Below, one piece after another: positions 21,594-31,085 of a DNA stretch of 64,000 nucleotides; position 1 is the first letter of the stretch; each line of letters begins with the position of its first letter. A model generated the notes under the pieces. The model made no database searches. It worked only from the letters and a program-made list of their open reading frames with translations, and was not told where the DNA came from. Origin of the DNA: Aulosira sp. ZfuVER01 (GTDB taxonomy: Bacteria > Cyanobacteriota > Cyanobacteriia > Cyanobacteriales > Nostocaceae); the NCBI GenBank assembly GCA_034530615.2, contig JAVRCV020000063.1, positions 8,976-72,975 of the forward strand. Direction: 5' to 3'. A program made the translations under genes and the position numbers.

Positions 21594-22007
21594 ATGAAAA
21601 TTGCCTTCACGACAAGTGACCGAGTTCATATTAATGCTCACTTCGGATGGGCAAGACAAATTGAGGTTTATGACGTCTCAGATGAGGGATATTCATTTGT
21701 TGAGACTTTGAACTTTGAGGGCGACCTCAAAGAAGATGGTAACGAGGATAAAATCACACCCAAACTAGAAGCGCTAGAGGATTGCACAATTGTTTATGTT
21801 TTAGCAATTGGTGGTAGCGCTGCTGCTCGTTTAATTAAAAAAGGTGTTACCCCAATTAAAGCGCGATCGGAAGAAGAAGAAATCGCAGAAGTGCTAACTA
21901 AATTAGTGCAAACACTTAAAGGTAATCCGCCACCTTGGTTACGTAAAGCTTTAAAGCAAAAAGACACATTATTTGTAGATGAACTCGAAAATGAAGCAAC
22001 AGTATGA
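21594..22007 (+). CDS. nifX: NifX
   Basis: INAHFGWA, AIGGSAAA and PPPWLRKAL. Confidence 0.95.
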   Translation: MKIAFTTSDRVHINAHFGWARQIEVYDVSDEGYSFVETLNFEGDLKEDGNEDKITPKLEALEDCTIVYVLAIGGSAAARLIKKGVTPIKARSEEEEIAEVLTKLVQTLKGNPPPWLRKALKQKDTLFVDELENEATV

Positions 22008-22480
22008 GCATAGATAATAGTGTTAACGGAACCACCAGCACCACAGTCTTAAACTCACCTTTTCTTAAAGCCATAGTCCAACAAATCCGGGGACAAGATA
22101 CTTATGGAACTTACCGGAAGTGGTCTGATGACTTAATTCTCAAACCTTATGTTGTCACCAAACAAAAGAAACGCGAAATTTCTCTTGACGGTGAAGTAGA
22201 TCCGTTGACTAAAGCACGGATTATGGCATTTTACCGGGCTGTAGCCGCTTGTATTGAACAGGAAACAGGTTTAATTTCCCAGGTTGTGGTTGATTTAAGC
22301 CATGAAGGATTTGGCTGGGTACTTGTCTTCTCTGGTCGTCTTTTGTTAGTTGCCAGAACTTTACGAGATGCTCACCGCTTTGGGTTTGATTCCCTAGAAA
22401 AAGTCGCAGAAGAGGGAGCCAAACTCATAGAAAAAGGCGTTGATTTAGCAAAACGCTTCCCCGAAGTTGGCAAGCTTTAA
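22004..22480 (+). CDS. NifX-associated nitrogen fixation protein (DUF269)
   Basis: QIRGQDTYG, SHEGFG and RDAHRFGF; position after nifX. Confidence 0.88.
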   Translation: MSIDNSVNGTTSTTVLNSPFLKAIVQQIRGQDTYGTYRKWSDDLILKPYVVTKQKKREISLDGEVDPLTKARIMAFYRAVAACIEQETGLISQVVVDLSHEGFGWVLVFSGRLLLVARTLRDAHRFGFDSLEKVAEEGAKLIEKGVDLAKRFPEVGKL

Positions 22481-22582
22481 GAGTCCTGAGTTCTGAGTCC
22501 TGAGTAAGAACTGCAAGATTAGGGATTAATAATTGCAAAATTCTTAACTAAATACTCGGCACTCTTTAATAAGGAGAGGCTA

Positions 22583-22801
22583 ATGGTGCAAGCAGAAGAT
22601 AAAAGTATTGAGGAGCTAAAAGGTAAAATCAGAAGACTCAATAGTAAAGCAGGTCAAATGAAAATGGATCTGCACGACTTAGCCGAAGGGCTACCAACAG
22701 ACTTTGAAAAACTAATGGATGTTGCGGCTGATACTTATGAAATCTATCGCCAATTAGATGAACTTAAGAAACAGCTAAAAAAATTGGAGAAGGGTGAATG
22801 A
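22583..22801 (+). CDS. Rop-like nitrogen fixation protein (DUF683/CCE_0567 family)
   Basis: KMDLHDLAEGLP motif. Confidence 0.88.
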   Translation: MVQAEDKSIEELKGKIRRLNSKAGQMKMDLHDLAEGLPTDFEKLMDVAADTYEIYRQLDELKKQLKKLEKGE

Positions 22802-23115
22802 GCCGGACTATTGATGAGTTCAAGCAGCTCGTAGATGCAGAGGAATTCTTTATTTTTTTTAACCTGCCCTACGACCAAAAATTTGTGAATGTAAATCGGT
22901 TACATATTTTGAAGAAATTCTCCCAATATATGAGAGAAATTGATGAGAATTCTCCTGACTTAAACGCAGAAGAAAAACTCAATCAATATGCCATTGCTTT
23001 GCAAAAAGCCTATGAAGTATTTCTTGAATCAACACCTCAAGAACAAAAGCTATTCAAGGTGTTTAACGAGAAGCAAAAAAATGTAGTCAAGCTGACAGAA
23101 ATCACTTCTGATTAG
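22798..23115 (+). CDS. nifW: Nitrogenase-stabilising protein NifW
   Basis: AEEFF, VNVNRLHILKKF and LFKVF. Confidence 0.93.
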   Translation: MSRTIDEFKQLVDAEEFFIFFNLPYDQKFVNVNRLHILKKFSQYMREIDENSPDLNAEEKLNQYAIALQKAYEVFLESTPQEQKLFKVFNEKQKNVVKLTEITSD

Positions 23116-23125
23116 GAGGTAAAAA

Positions 23126-23926
23126 GTGGTAAACCTGACGCCTACCGAATTAGAACGCTATAGTCGCCAAATGATGCTCCCTAACTTTGGCGAACTAGCT
23201 CAGAAGCGCCTGAAGTCAGCGACGGTTCTGGTTACAGGTGTGGGGGGATTAGGCGGTACGGCGGCGCTTTACCTAGCAGTAGCGGGCGTTGGGCGACTAA
23301 TCTTAGTACGGGGTGGTGACTTGCGGCTAGATGATATGAATCGTCAAATCCTCATGACAGACGATTGGGTAGGTCAGCCAAGGGTATTCAAAGCTAAAGA
23401 AACTCTGGAAGCGATTAATCCTGATGTCCAAGTGGAAGCAGTTCATGATTACATCACCCCGGAAAACGTAGACGCCCTGGTACAGTCCGCTGATATGGCT
23501 CTTGACTGCGCCCACAATTTTACCGAGCGCAATTTGTTGAATGCAGCTTGTGTGCGTTGGCGTAAGCCGATGGTGGAGGCAGCAATGGACGGGATGGAGG
23601 CTTACCTGACTACGATTATTCCTGGTGTAACTCCTTGTTTGTCCTGTCTGTTTCCAGAAAAGCCTGATTGGGATAGGCGTGGCTTTTCAGTTCTCGGCGC
23701 TGTTTCTGGGACACTAGCTTGTCTGACAGCTTTAGAAGCCATCAAGCTGATCACTGGGTTTAGTCAACCGTTACTGTCACAACTGTTGACAATAGACCTC
23801 AGCCGGATGGAATTTGCTAAACGCCGTTCTCACCGCGATCGCTCTTGTCCAGTATGTGGTAACAGTGCGCCCTGGAGATACGCGCAATCAGATTCAATGG
23901 AACCCACTGGTAATTGCACAAAATAA
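23126..23926 (+). CDS. hesA: HesA (ThiF/MoeB family)
   Basis: ERYSRQ, GVGGLGG and two CxxC motifs; nif context. Confidence 0.93.
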   Translation: MVNLTPTELERYSRQMMLPNFGELAQKRLKSATVLVTGVGGLGGTAALYLAVAGVGRLILVRGGDLRLDDMNRQILMTDDWVGQPRVFKAKETLEAINPDVQVEAVHDYITPENVDALVQSADMALDCAHNFTERNLLNAACVRWRKPMVEAAMDGMEAYLTTIIPGVTPCLSCLFPEKPDWDRRGFSVLGAVSGTLACLTALEAIKLITGFSQPLLSQLLTIDLSRMEFAKRRSHRDRSCPVCGNSAPWRYAQSDSMEPTGNCTK

Positions 23927-24023
23927 TCAGCTTATACCAATTCGTAATTCGTAATTACGAAAGTCAATAGCAAATACCCCACCTGTAAACAGAACACCTT
24001 ATCGCTACAAATCAGGAGAATTG

Positions 24024-24395
24024 ATGACTGTAACTTTGACAGAAAAAGCCGAATTTCGTTTGCGGGCGTTCTTAGTCGCCTCTGCCCCCGATCCTAACGG
24101 TGCGACTAAAGGCGTCCGCATTTCTGTAAAAGACGGTGGTTGCAGTGGCTATGAATATGGAATCGATATTACTAGCAAGCCGCAACCAGACGATTTGGTA
24201 ATTGAGCAAGGCAAGGTGTTACTTTACGTTGATGCTAAAAGCGTACCTTTATTGAAAGGAGTTGTGATCGATTTTGTTGATGGGGTAATGGAAAGCGGCT
24301 TTAAGTTTACCAACCCTAATGCAACTGATAATTGCGGTTGTGGCAAGTCTTTCAAAGCAGGTGATTGCACACCTGATGGTGTACCTTGCAGCTAA
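24024..24395 (+). CDS. hesB: HesB, IscA-type Fe-S carrier
   Basis: GGCSG and CGCGKSF. Confidence 0.93.
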   Translation: MTVTLTEKAEFRLRAFLVASAPDPNGATKGVRISVKDGGCSGYEYGIDITSKPQPDDLVIEQGKVLLYVDAKSVPLLKGVVIDFVDGVMESGFKFTNPNATDNCGCGKSFKAGDCTPDGVPCS

Positions 24396-24583
24396 ACTAA
24401 AACACATCTAAATTGCATCATCACTTCATCTGTTCGTCTTTTGTCATTAGTTATTTGTGTTGACAAAATACAGAGGACAAATGACAAGTCGCGCTTCAGG
24501 TAGCTTGAAAACGAGTAGCACAGAGCGACTGACAAATTCTGGGAATTCAATCTAATTGTATAAAGTTTGAGGAGAATCGGAAA

Positions 24584-24883
24584 ATGGCTACCTACCAAGT
24601 TAGATTAATCAACAAAAAGGAAGACCTCGACACCACAATTGAAGTGGATGAAGAGACTACCATCCTAGAAGCAGCAGGAGAAAATGGTATTGATTTGCCT
24701 TTCTCTTGCCACTCAGGGTCTTGCTCTAGTTGTGTTGGTAAAGTTGTTGAAGGTGAAGTAGATCAATCCGATCAAATCTTCTTGGATGATGAGCAAATGT
24801 CTAAGGGCTTTGCTTTACTTTGTGTTACTTACCCCCGTTCTAATTGCACAATTAAGACTCATCAAGAACCATATCTTGTCTAG
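24584..24883 (+). CDS. fdxH: Heterocyst [2Fe-2S] ferredoxin
   Basis: [12 protein letters not shown] with the FdxH-type His; follows hesB. Confidence 0.95.
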   Translation: MATYQVRLINKKEDLDTTIEVDEETTILEAAGENGIDLPFSCHSGSCSSCVGKVVEGEVDQSDQIFLDDEQMSKGFALLCVTYPRSNCTIKTHQEPYLV

Positions 24884-24989
24884 AGTGCAGTTATAGCTTG
24901 AACTAGGATGAAGGATGAAAAGTATCTTCATCCTAGCCTGGTACAAGCTGTTTTAATAGCATATACCTAATTCATGTTGCATATTTCTC

Positions 24990-25244
24990 ATGTTTACTCC
25001 TTTTATTGTTAAGGGTTGTTCATTAGAATTGCTCAGAATTGGAGAAAAAGCAATTGTCACTTTCTGCAATATTCCAAATGAACCAATCTGCAAACAATTG
25101 AGAGATGCTGGTATAAATGTAGGAACTAAGATAGGTTTAATCCAAAAATTTCCCTATTTGCAAATTCAAGTTAATGATATAACTATGGCAATAGATCTAG
25201 ATATAGCTCGTACAATTTATGTACGAGTTATTGATAGTGAATAA
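24990..25244 (+). CDS. feoA: FeoA family protein
   Basis: SH3-like FeoA pattern (LRDAGINVGTKI...IARTIYV); usual position after fdxH. Confidence 0.75.
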   Translation: MFTPFIVKGCSLELLRIGEKAIVTFCNIPNEPICKQLRDAGINVGTKIGLIQKFPYLQIQVNDITMAIDLDIARTIYVRVIDSE

Positions 25245-25247
25245 TCT

Positions 25248-26624
25248 TTAATTCTTTAAAAATACAGAGCAAACTCCCTTAGCTTCTAGCACAGATGCAA
25301 TTTTTAAAATCAACGCTTCATTGTAAGGTGCTGCTATTAATTGCACGCCTAAAGGTAAAGCATTTGGACGCTGAATTGGCACTGATAATACAGGTAAACC
25401 AATAAAAGATAATGGTTGAGTAAATAATCCTAGATGCGGACGAACTATAATTTCTTCACCATCTACGATCATAGTTTGTTGCCCAATTAATGGGGCAGCA
25501 ATTGGTGTGGTAGGTGCAAGAATTATATCGACATTTTGAAAGATTTCGCGGACGCGATCGCGGTACCATCTTCTAAACCTTTGCGCTTGCAAATACCACT
25601 GACTGGGAATTAACGCCCCAGCCAAAAAGCGATCGCGTGTTGCATAATCAAAATCTTGAGGACGCGATCGCAATTTTTCTAAATGCAGATTTGCCCCTTC
25701 ACTAGCTGTAATCACAAATGCAGCAGCCCTAGCGCGGTGTGCTTCTGGTATCGTCACGTACTCATTCACATCCAAAGCACGGGCAACCTGTTCCACAGCT
25801 GCCAATGCTTCTGGTTCCGCACCCTTCATGAAATAATCACCAGCAATAGCAATTCTGATACCAGAGATATCTCGATTGAGTTGTGGTAAACATAATTCAG
25901 GAGGACGTTTTGTACAAACCGGATCGCGATCGTCTTCTCCTTGCAGAATATCAAACACCGTCGCAATATCCCTTACAGAACCCGCAAAAGGGCCAACATG
26001 GTCAAAACTGCTAGAAAATAAAGCTACCCCAGCACGTGACAACCGCCCATAAGTGGGTTTTAAACCAAAAATCCCGCAAAAAGCCGCCGGAACGCGAATT
26101 GAACCATTTGTATCAGAACCCAGCGTTAACGGAACTAACCCAGCCGCCACCGCCGCCGCCGAACCCCCAGATGAACCACCAGCTACACGCTGTAAATCAT
26201 GGGGATTGTGAGTAGCGCCGTAATGGGCATTTTCCGTCACAAACCCATAGGCGTACTCATCCATATTTAACGCCCCCACCAAAACCGCACCAGCCTGTTT
26301 CAACTTCGCCACTGCTGTTGCATCTTGGGTAGCTGGGGGATTTTCCGCATTAATTTTCGCACCGGCTAGAGTAGTTAAACCAGCGATATCGTAGAGGTTT
26401 TTCGCTGCAAAAGGCACACCAGCCAACGCACCAGGGTTATTACCTTGAGCAATTTCTTTGTCAATCCTAGCTGCATCTGCTAAAGCCGTTTCTGCAATTA
26501 TCGCCGTAAAACAATTGAGTTCAGCATCTCGTGCAGCAATTTTAGCTAACGCAGCCTGAGTCAGTTCCAGCGCGCTAACTTTGCCTTCACGCACAGCCGC
26601 AGCTATTGAGACAGCATCATTCAT
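25248..26624 (-). CDS. AtzE-family amidohydrolase (amidase signature)
   Basis: GGSSGGSAAAVAAG, GSDTNGSIRVP and NMDEYAYG. Confidence 0.88.
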   Translation of the reverse strand: MNDAVSIAAAVREGKVSALELTQAALAKIAARDAELNCFTAIIAETALADAARIDKEIAQGNNPGALAGVPFAAKNLYDIAGLTTLAGAKINAENPPATQDATAVAKLKQAGAVLVGALNMDEYAYGFVTENAHYGATHNPHDLQRVAGGSSGGSAAAVAAGLVPLTLGSDTNGSIRVPAAFCGIFGLKPTYGRLSRAGVALFSSSFDHVGPFAGSVRDIATVFDILQGEDDRDPVCTKRPPELCLPQLNRDISGIRIAIAGDYFMKGAEPEALAAVEQVARALDVNEYVTIPEAHRARAAAFVITASEGANLHLEKLRSRPQDFDYATRDRFLAGALIPSQWYLQAQRFRRWYRDRVREIFQNVDIILAPTTPIAAPLIGQQTMIVDGEEIIVRPHLGLFTQPLSFIGLPVLSVPIQRPNALPLGVQLIAAPYNEALILKIASVLEAKGVCSVFLKN

Positions 26625-26809
26625 GGTTCAAAAATGGGTGCAACTTCAACTTCTTCTGGTATGGGGAATTCGTTTACCAAAAGAGCAATCGCTTTAATTC
26701 TCTCAAAATTTGCCACCACCCCATCACGATACTCATCCCTCAGTTGCAAATCTACCAATAACGCCATCTGATCTACATACTCACCCACATCAAACCCCTG
26801 ACTCTCCAT
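26621..26809 (-). CDS. AtzG-like small protein (DUF4089)
   Basis: YRDGVVANFERI...APIFEP; overlaps the amidase start; the upstream EGR-repeat extension is treated as repeat DNA. Confidence 0.75.
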   Translation of the reverse strand: MESQGFDVGEYVDQMALLVDLQLRDEYRDGVVANFERIKAIALLVNEFPIPEEVEVAPIFEP

Positions 26810-26847
26810 CTCTCTTCCTTCGCGCCCTTCGCGTCCTTCGCGGTTCG

Positions 26848-27198
26848 TCAATCTAAATCTACAACTTCTTGCGGCAACTCAAACAAACCATTTTCCCCAG
26901 ATTCAAAATCAATTACCTGAAACACAGCATCAATATTTAACTCTCCATAAATATGGGGAAATAACTCATCTATTTCCGCCTCCTCATAACGAATTTTAGC
27001 CTTAACTTTATCAGCATCAATAAATAGTAATACTAATCCCTTTTGATTACGGAAAAATTTATTTGCAACCTTGACTATTTGGTTAGCTTCCGAACAATGA
27101 ATAAAGCCCTCAGTATCTAGTGAATCAGCATGATAGCTACCGTTGATTTTGGCTTGATCCCATTGTTTTGTTTGCGTAATATGAAGAATATTTTTCAT
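26848..27198 (-). CDS. DUF952 family protein
   Basis: SLDTEGFIHCS and FPHIYG. Confidence 0.88.
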   Translation of the reverse strand: MKNILHITQTKQWDQAKINGSYHADSLDTEGFIHCSEANQIVKVANKFFRNQKGLVLLFIDADKVKAKIRYEEAEIDELFPHIYGELNIDAVFQVIDFESGENGLFELPQEVVDLD

Positions 27199-27200
27199 AT

Positions 27201-27614
27201 TTATTGAATCCTTTTGCGGATATCTTCTAGAGGTAATTCAGGTTCATTTTGTTCATCTGGATAAAATTCAATAACTAAATTATTTCGTTTGTCACTATTA
27301 GGATATATAGATATCTAAATTTCTAATTTGCCTTTTTGCCATCCTCTACCATCAATTTTAAGAACCCGACAATCTTTTACAGCATGTAGTTTAACTTCAC
27401 TGAAGGGTATGGACTCGTCACCAGTAGAAATGTTAGCAAATAAACTACCAACTGAATCATTAGTCGGCTGAGTTTTATATGTGTGAATTTCCTGACGCCA
27501 TTTCTTGATAAATTGTTGTATGACTAATTCCCTTAATCTACTTACTGTATAAGTATTTTTTTCTAACCAAACTACATCATCTCCACATTCTAAAGGAATA
27601 CATTTATTTTCCAT
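27201..27614 (-). pseudogene. KGK-domain protein with an internal TAG stop
   Basis: GWQKGKLEI* continues in frame as ISIYP...EFYPDEQNEPELPLEDIRKRIQ*. Confidence 0.75.
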
Positions 27615-27648
27615 GTCACTATTAATACAAAACTTAAAAATTTTAGTC

Positions 27649-27734
27649 TGTAGGGTGTGTTATGCCGTAGGCTAACGCACCTTGAATTTTGATAGTGCAA
27701 TGGTGCGTTGCGCTACGCGACAACACACCCTACA
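27649..27734. repeat. GTAG-type REP-like inverted doublet
   Basis: TGTAGGGTGTGTT...AACACACCCTACA enclosing inner hairpins. Confidence 0.7.
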
Positions 27735-27868
27735 TTTAACTTCATTAACAGTTGAAATATGAGCACCAACTTACTTATTTTAATCTTCATTTTTTTTACA
27801 TCAATTCAGTAAAATCACTGGATTAAAATATCTAAACAATATTTGCGCTTATGCGCGAAATCATCATT

Positions 27869-29386
27869 CTATAAATTAGGTGGAACACAAATATCCGGCG
27901 CACACAAACCCTGAAACTTAAACGTCGTTACCGCAAACGAATTCAAATCAACACAACGAATCACATGATTATTCGTATCAGCAATATATAAATTTGAATC
28001 AAAAATACTCAATCCCGAAGGTTCAAAAAAGCGGGTATTCTTTCCTACACCATCTTCCAAACCCATCACCCCATCGCCCAAAATTGTTTGACAATTACCC
28101 GTACTGGGACTAACTAATTTAATTTTGTGATTGTAAGTATCTGCTACCCATAAATAATTCTGAGCATATTCTACCCCCAAACAATGCTGTAACCGCACAT
28201 TTTCACCTTGTCCATCTACATCGCCAAACCCAAATAAATCACCACTACCGCACACAGTTCTAACTAAACGCGGTTCCACTATTCTCACACCGCGAATTGA
28301 ACTTACTTCACTATCAGCAATAAATAATTCTTCGCCATTACTACTAATACCACTAGGTTGAGCAAAAGCAGATTCACTCAAGGAACCATCAATACAAGCT
28401 TCTGCACCCATACCAGCATAAGTTTTAATTACCCCTGTTTCTAAATCCATTTCCCAAATTTGATGGTTTCCCGCCATTGCAATAAATAGGGTATTTCCTA
28501 CCTTCACCAAATCCCAAGGAGAATTTAGCGCTGTGTCTAAACCAGCACCACCATGAGGACGAATATTACGACTTTGTTCGCCAGTTCCCGCAATAGTCTC
28601 TACAACCTGACGCTGTAAATCAACTCGTCGCAAAGCATGATTTTCTGTATCTGCAATGTAGAGAATTTGATTATCTGCATCAAATGCTATTCCTTGAGGT
28701 GCAGAGAACTGTGCTTCATTAAAATTACCATCAATTAAACCAGATTTTCCTGTGCCAATTATATGCAGAATTTCCCCTGCAAAAGTACTCATCACCAAGC
28801 GATGATGTCCAGAATCAGCGATAAATAAGCCTGCTGATGTCGCTAAAACTTTACCAGGAAAAGCCAGGGGTGTAATTAATGGTTGGCGTTGTTTTTCTAA
28901 ATTCAGGCTGAGTGCTTGAAAATTAATTATGCCTTTTTCTCGATGTTCTTGAAGTAGTTTTTCAATTAATTCGTCTAAAGCTTCACGATGTCCTTCACCA
29001 GAAACATAGCCAATTACATAACTTTCGGGATCGATAATCATTAAAGTAGGCCAAGCACGTACAGCATACTCTTGCCAAACTCTAAACCCACTATCTACTA
29101 CAACTGGATGTTCGATATCATAGCGCAAGATTGCTTGCCGAATATTTTCAGTTTCTTTTTCATTATCAAATTTAGCAGAATGGACACCGATAACTGTCAG
29201 GCTATCTTGATATTTTTGTTCTAAATATTTTAAGTCTGGTAGGATGTGTAAACAGTTAATACAACAGTATGTCCAAAAATCTAATATTATTACTCTACCC
29301 TTGAGTTGTTTAATAGATAATGGTTTATCTGTATTAAACCAAGGAGAATTTTGCGGTAGTTCTGGCGCTCTGACACGGGGCATCAT
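27869..29386 (-). CDS. Thioredoxin-like domain plus NHL beta-propeller protein (NHLRC2/SOQ1-like)
   Basis: DFWTYCCINC motif followed by NHL repeats (IADTENH, VADTYNH). Confidence 0.9.
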   Translation of the reverse strand: MMPRVRAPELPQNSPWFNTDKPLSIKQLKGRVIILDFWTYCCINCLHILPDLKYLEQKYQDSLTVIGVHSAKFDNEKETENIRQAILRYDIEHPVVVDSGFRVWQEYAVRAWPTLMIIDPESYVIGYVSGEGHREALDELIEKLLQEHREKGIINFQALSLNLEKQRQPLITPLAFPGKVLATSAGLFIADSGHHRLVMSTFAGEILHIIGTGKSGLIDGNFNEAQFSAPQGIAFDADNQILYIADTENHALRRVDLQRQVVETIAGTGEQSRNIRPHGGAGLDTALNSPWDLVKVGNTLFIAMAGNHQIWEMDLETGVIKTYAGMGAEACIDGSLSESAFAQPSGISSNGEELFIADSEVSSIRGVRIVEPRLVRTVCGSGDLFGFGDVDGQGENVRLQHCLGVEYAQNYLWVADTYNHKIKLVSPSTGNCQTILGDGVMGLEDGVGKNTRFFEPSGLSIFDSNLYIADTNNHVIRCVDLNSFAVTTFKFQGLCAPDICVPPNL

Positions 29387-29394
29387 AAATTATT

Positions 29395-30276
29395 TTAAGA
29401 GATATCTTTTAATTTACTCCATAATTCAAGCGCAGGAATTTGGCAAATTCCTGCAAATTGGGCATCTGCTGTTTCTATCACAATCCACTCACCAGTTTCT
29501 AATTGCCCAATATCAATTGCCACATAGGGAACTCCAAGGCGTTTAGATGCTAGCAATGCCAAGTTTAAAACTTGCTTTTCTTCTTGTTGAGATAACTTGC
29601 TCAAATCATCTTTACTATCCCAATAATATCCATACTTGAGAATATGATGATTATAAATAAAGCATCTAAATTCTCTTCCCATAGGAAAGCCGTTAGGAGC
29701 TAAACGTTGATGTCGCAGCTTCACTAACTTTCTGACAATCACTCTACCTCGTGAACCATATTTGAGTTTTAATAACCATTCTGTTAACTTGACTAATTCT
29801 TCTTGATTATTGGCTACGCAAGATTCCCATCCTTGTTGCTTTCTTGATTGAACTGCGCCTTTAATAAATACAGGAAATCCCAATAATTCACCTGCTTTGA
29901 TACATTCCTGCGTCGATGTAATAACTACACTATCAGGCGTTAATCCTTGTAAATGTGGGTAAAACAAGTCAAATTCTAGTGCTGTCTGATGCTCTAACGG
30001 AGTGTTGAGTAATTTTATCTTTTTAGCTAAAGCAGCTTGATATATAGCTTCGTACCTTTCTAACTCAGGAATATATCCTACCCAAATTCCAGCAGTTTCT
30101 TTGGGATAGTTAGGAACATGCCATAGAGCATTTTCTACTGTGCCGCAGCGTTGAAAATCTCTTGGTATATGGTAAACTTTAAAACCTAATATTTGAGCAG
30201 TCTCAGTCATTAATTTATTTTCATTAGCGCTGGCTGATGCTGCTATTTGCTCGGTAGATTCGCTTAAAACAATCAT
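29395..30276 (-). CDS. ATP-grasp domain protein (DUF4343-like)
   Basis: FPVFIKG, REFRCF and AIDIGQLETGEWIVIE. Confidence 0.75.
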   Translation of the reverse strand: MIVLSESTEQIAASASANENKLMTETAQILGFKVYHIPRDFQRCGTVENALWHVPNYPKETAGIWVGYIPELERYEAIYQAALAKKIKLLNTPLEHQTALEFDLFYPHLQGLTPDSVVITSTQECIKAGELLGFPVFIKGAVQSRKQQGWESCVANNQEELVKLTEWLLKLKYGSRGRVIVRKLVKLRHQRLAPNGFPMGREFRCFIYNHHILKYGYYWDSKDDLSKLSQQEEKQVLNLALLASKRLGVPYVAIDIGQLETGEWIVIETADAQFAGICQIPALELWSKLKDIS

Positions 30277-30334
30277 TGATTTACAGCGCTTTTCATTGAC
30301 ATTAAGTACACACTTTGAACACTAAATTATCGGA

Positions 30335-30360
30335 AGGGCACAGCACTGCTGTGCCCCTAC
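30335..30360. repeat. GTAG-type palindrome just downstream of rtcB (possible terminator or processing hairpin)
   Basis: GGGCACAGCA-C-TGCTGTGCCC-CTAC. Confidence 0.55.
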
Positions 30361-30365
30361 GTGAT

Positions 30366-31085
30366 TTATCCTTTTACACACAAGACTTGCTTGAGTGTTG
30401 CTACAACTTCAACCAAATCTGCTTGATTTGCCATTACTTCATCTATCGGTTTGTAAGCACCGGGAATTTCATCTAATACCCCCTCATCCTTACGGCATTC
30501 TACGCCTTTAGTTTGCTCTATTAAATCATCGAGAGTGTAGACATTTTTTGCCTTGTTTCTAGACAGTAGCCTGCCTGCACCATGACTGCAAGAGCAAAAA
30601 CTGTGAGCATTACCTTTACCTTTAACAATGAAAGATTTAGCTCCCATGGAACCGGGAATTATGCCATAGTCTTCAGTTCGGGCACGGACTGCTCCCTTAC
30701 GAGTAACATACACATCTTCGTCAAAATGTACTTCTTTTTCGGCATAATTGTGATGACAATTCACTTCTAATAAAGGTTTAGTAGGCTTTCCTCCTGCTAA
30801 ATGTTTTTCGATAATACGCTTAAATCGCGCCATCATCACATCACGGTTGAAACTTGCGTAATCTTGTGCCCATTGTAAATCGTTCCAGTATGCTTCAAAT
30901 TCTGGTGTACCAGCGACAAAATGAGCTAAATCTGGATCGGGTAATTTATTACCTGCCATCTTTGCTAATTCTTTAGCTGTATTAATATGGCATTGCGCTA
31001 AATTATTGCCGATGTTGCGCGAACCGGAATGCAGCATCAACCAAACTTGGTTCTCTGTATCGAGGCAAACCTCAATAAAATGGTT
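30366..31085 (-). CDS. rtcB: RtcB RNA ligase, exon 2
   Basis: NHFIE, LHSGSR, CHHNY, TRKGA, PGSMG and SHGAGR motifs. Confidence 0.93.
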   Translation of the reverse strand, partial: NHFIEVCLDTENQVWLMLHSGSRNIGNNLAQCHINTAKELAKMAGNKLPDPDLAHFVAGTPEFEAYWNDLQWAQDYASFNRDVMMARFKRIIEKHLAGGKPTKPLLEVNCHHNYAEKEVHFDEDVYVTRKGAVRARTEDYGIIPGSMGAKSFIVKGKGNAHSFCSCSHGAGRLLSRNKAKNVYTLDDLIEQTKGVECRKDEGVLDEIPGAYKPIDEVMANQADLVEVVATLKQVLCVKG

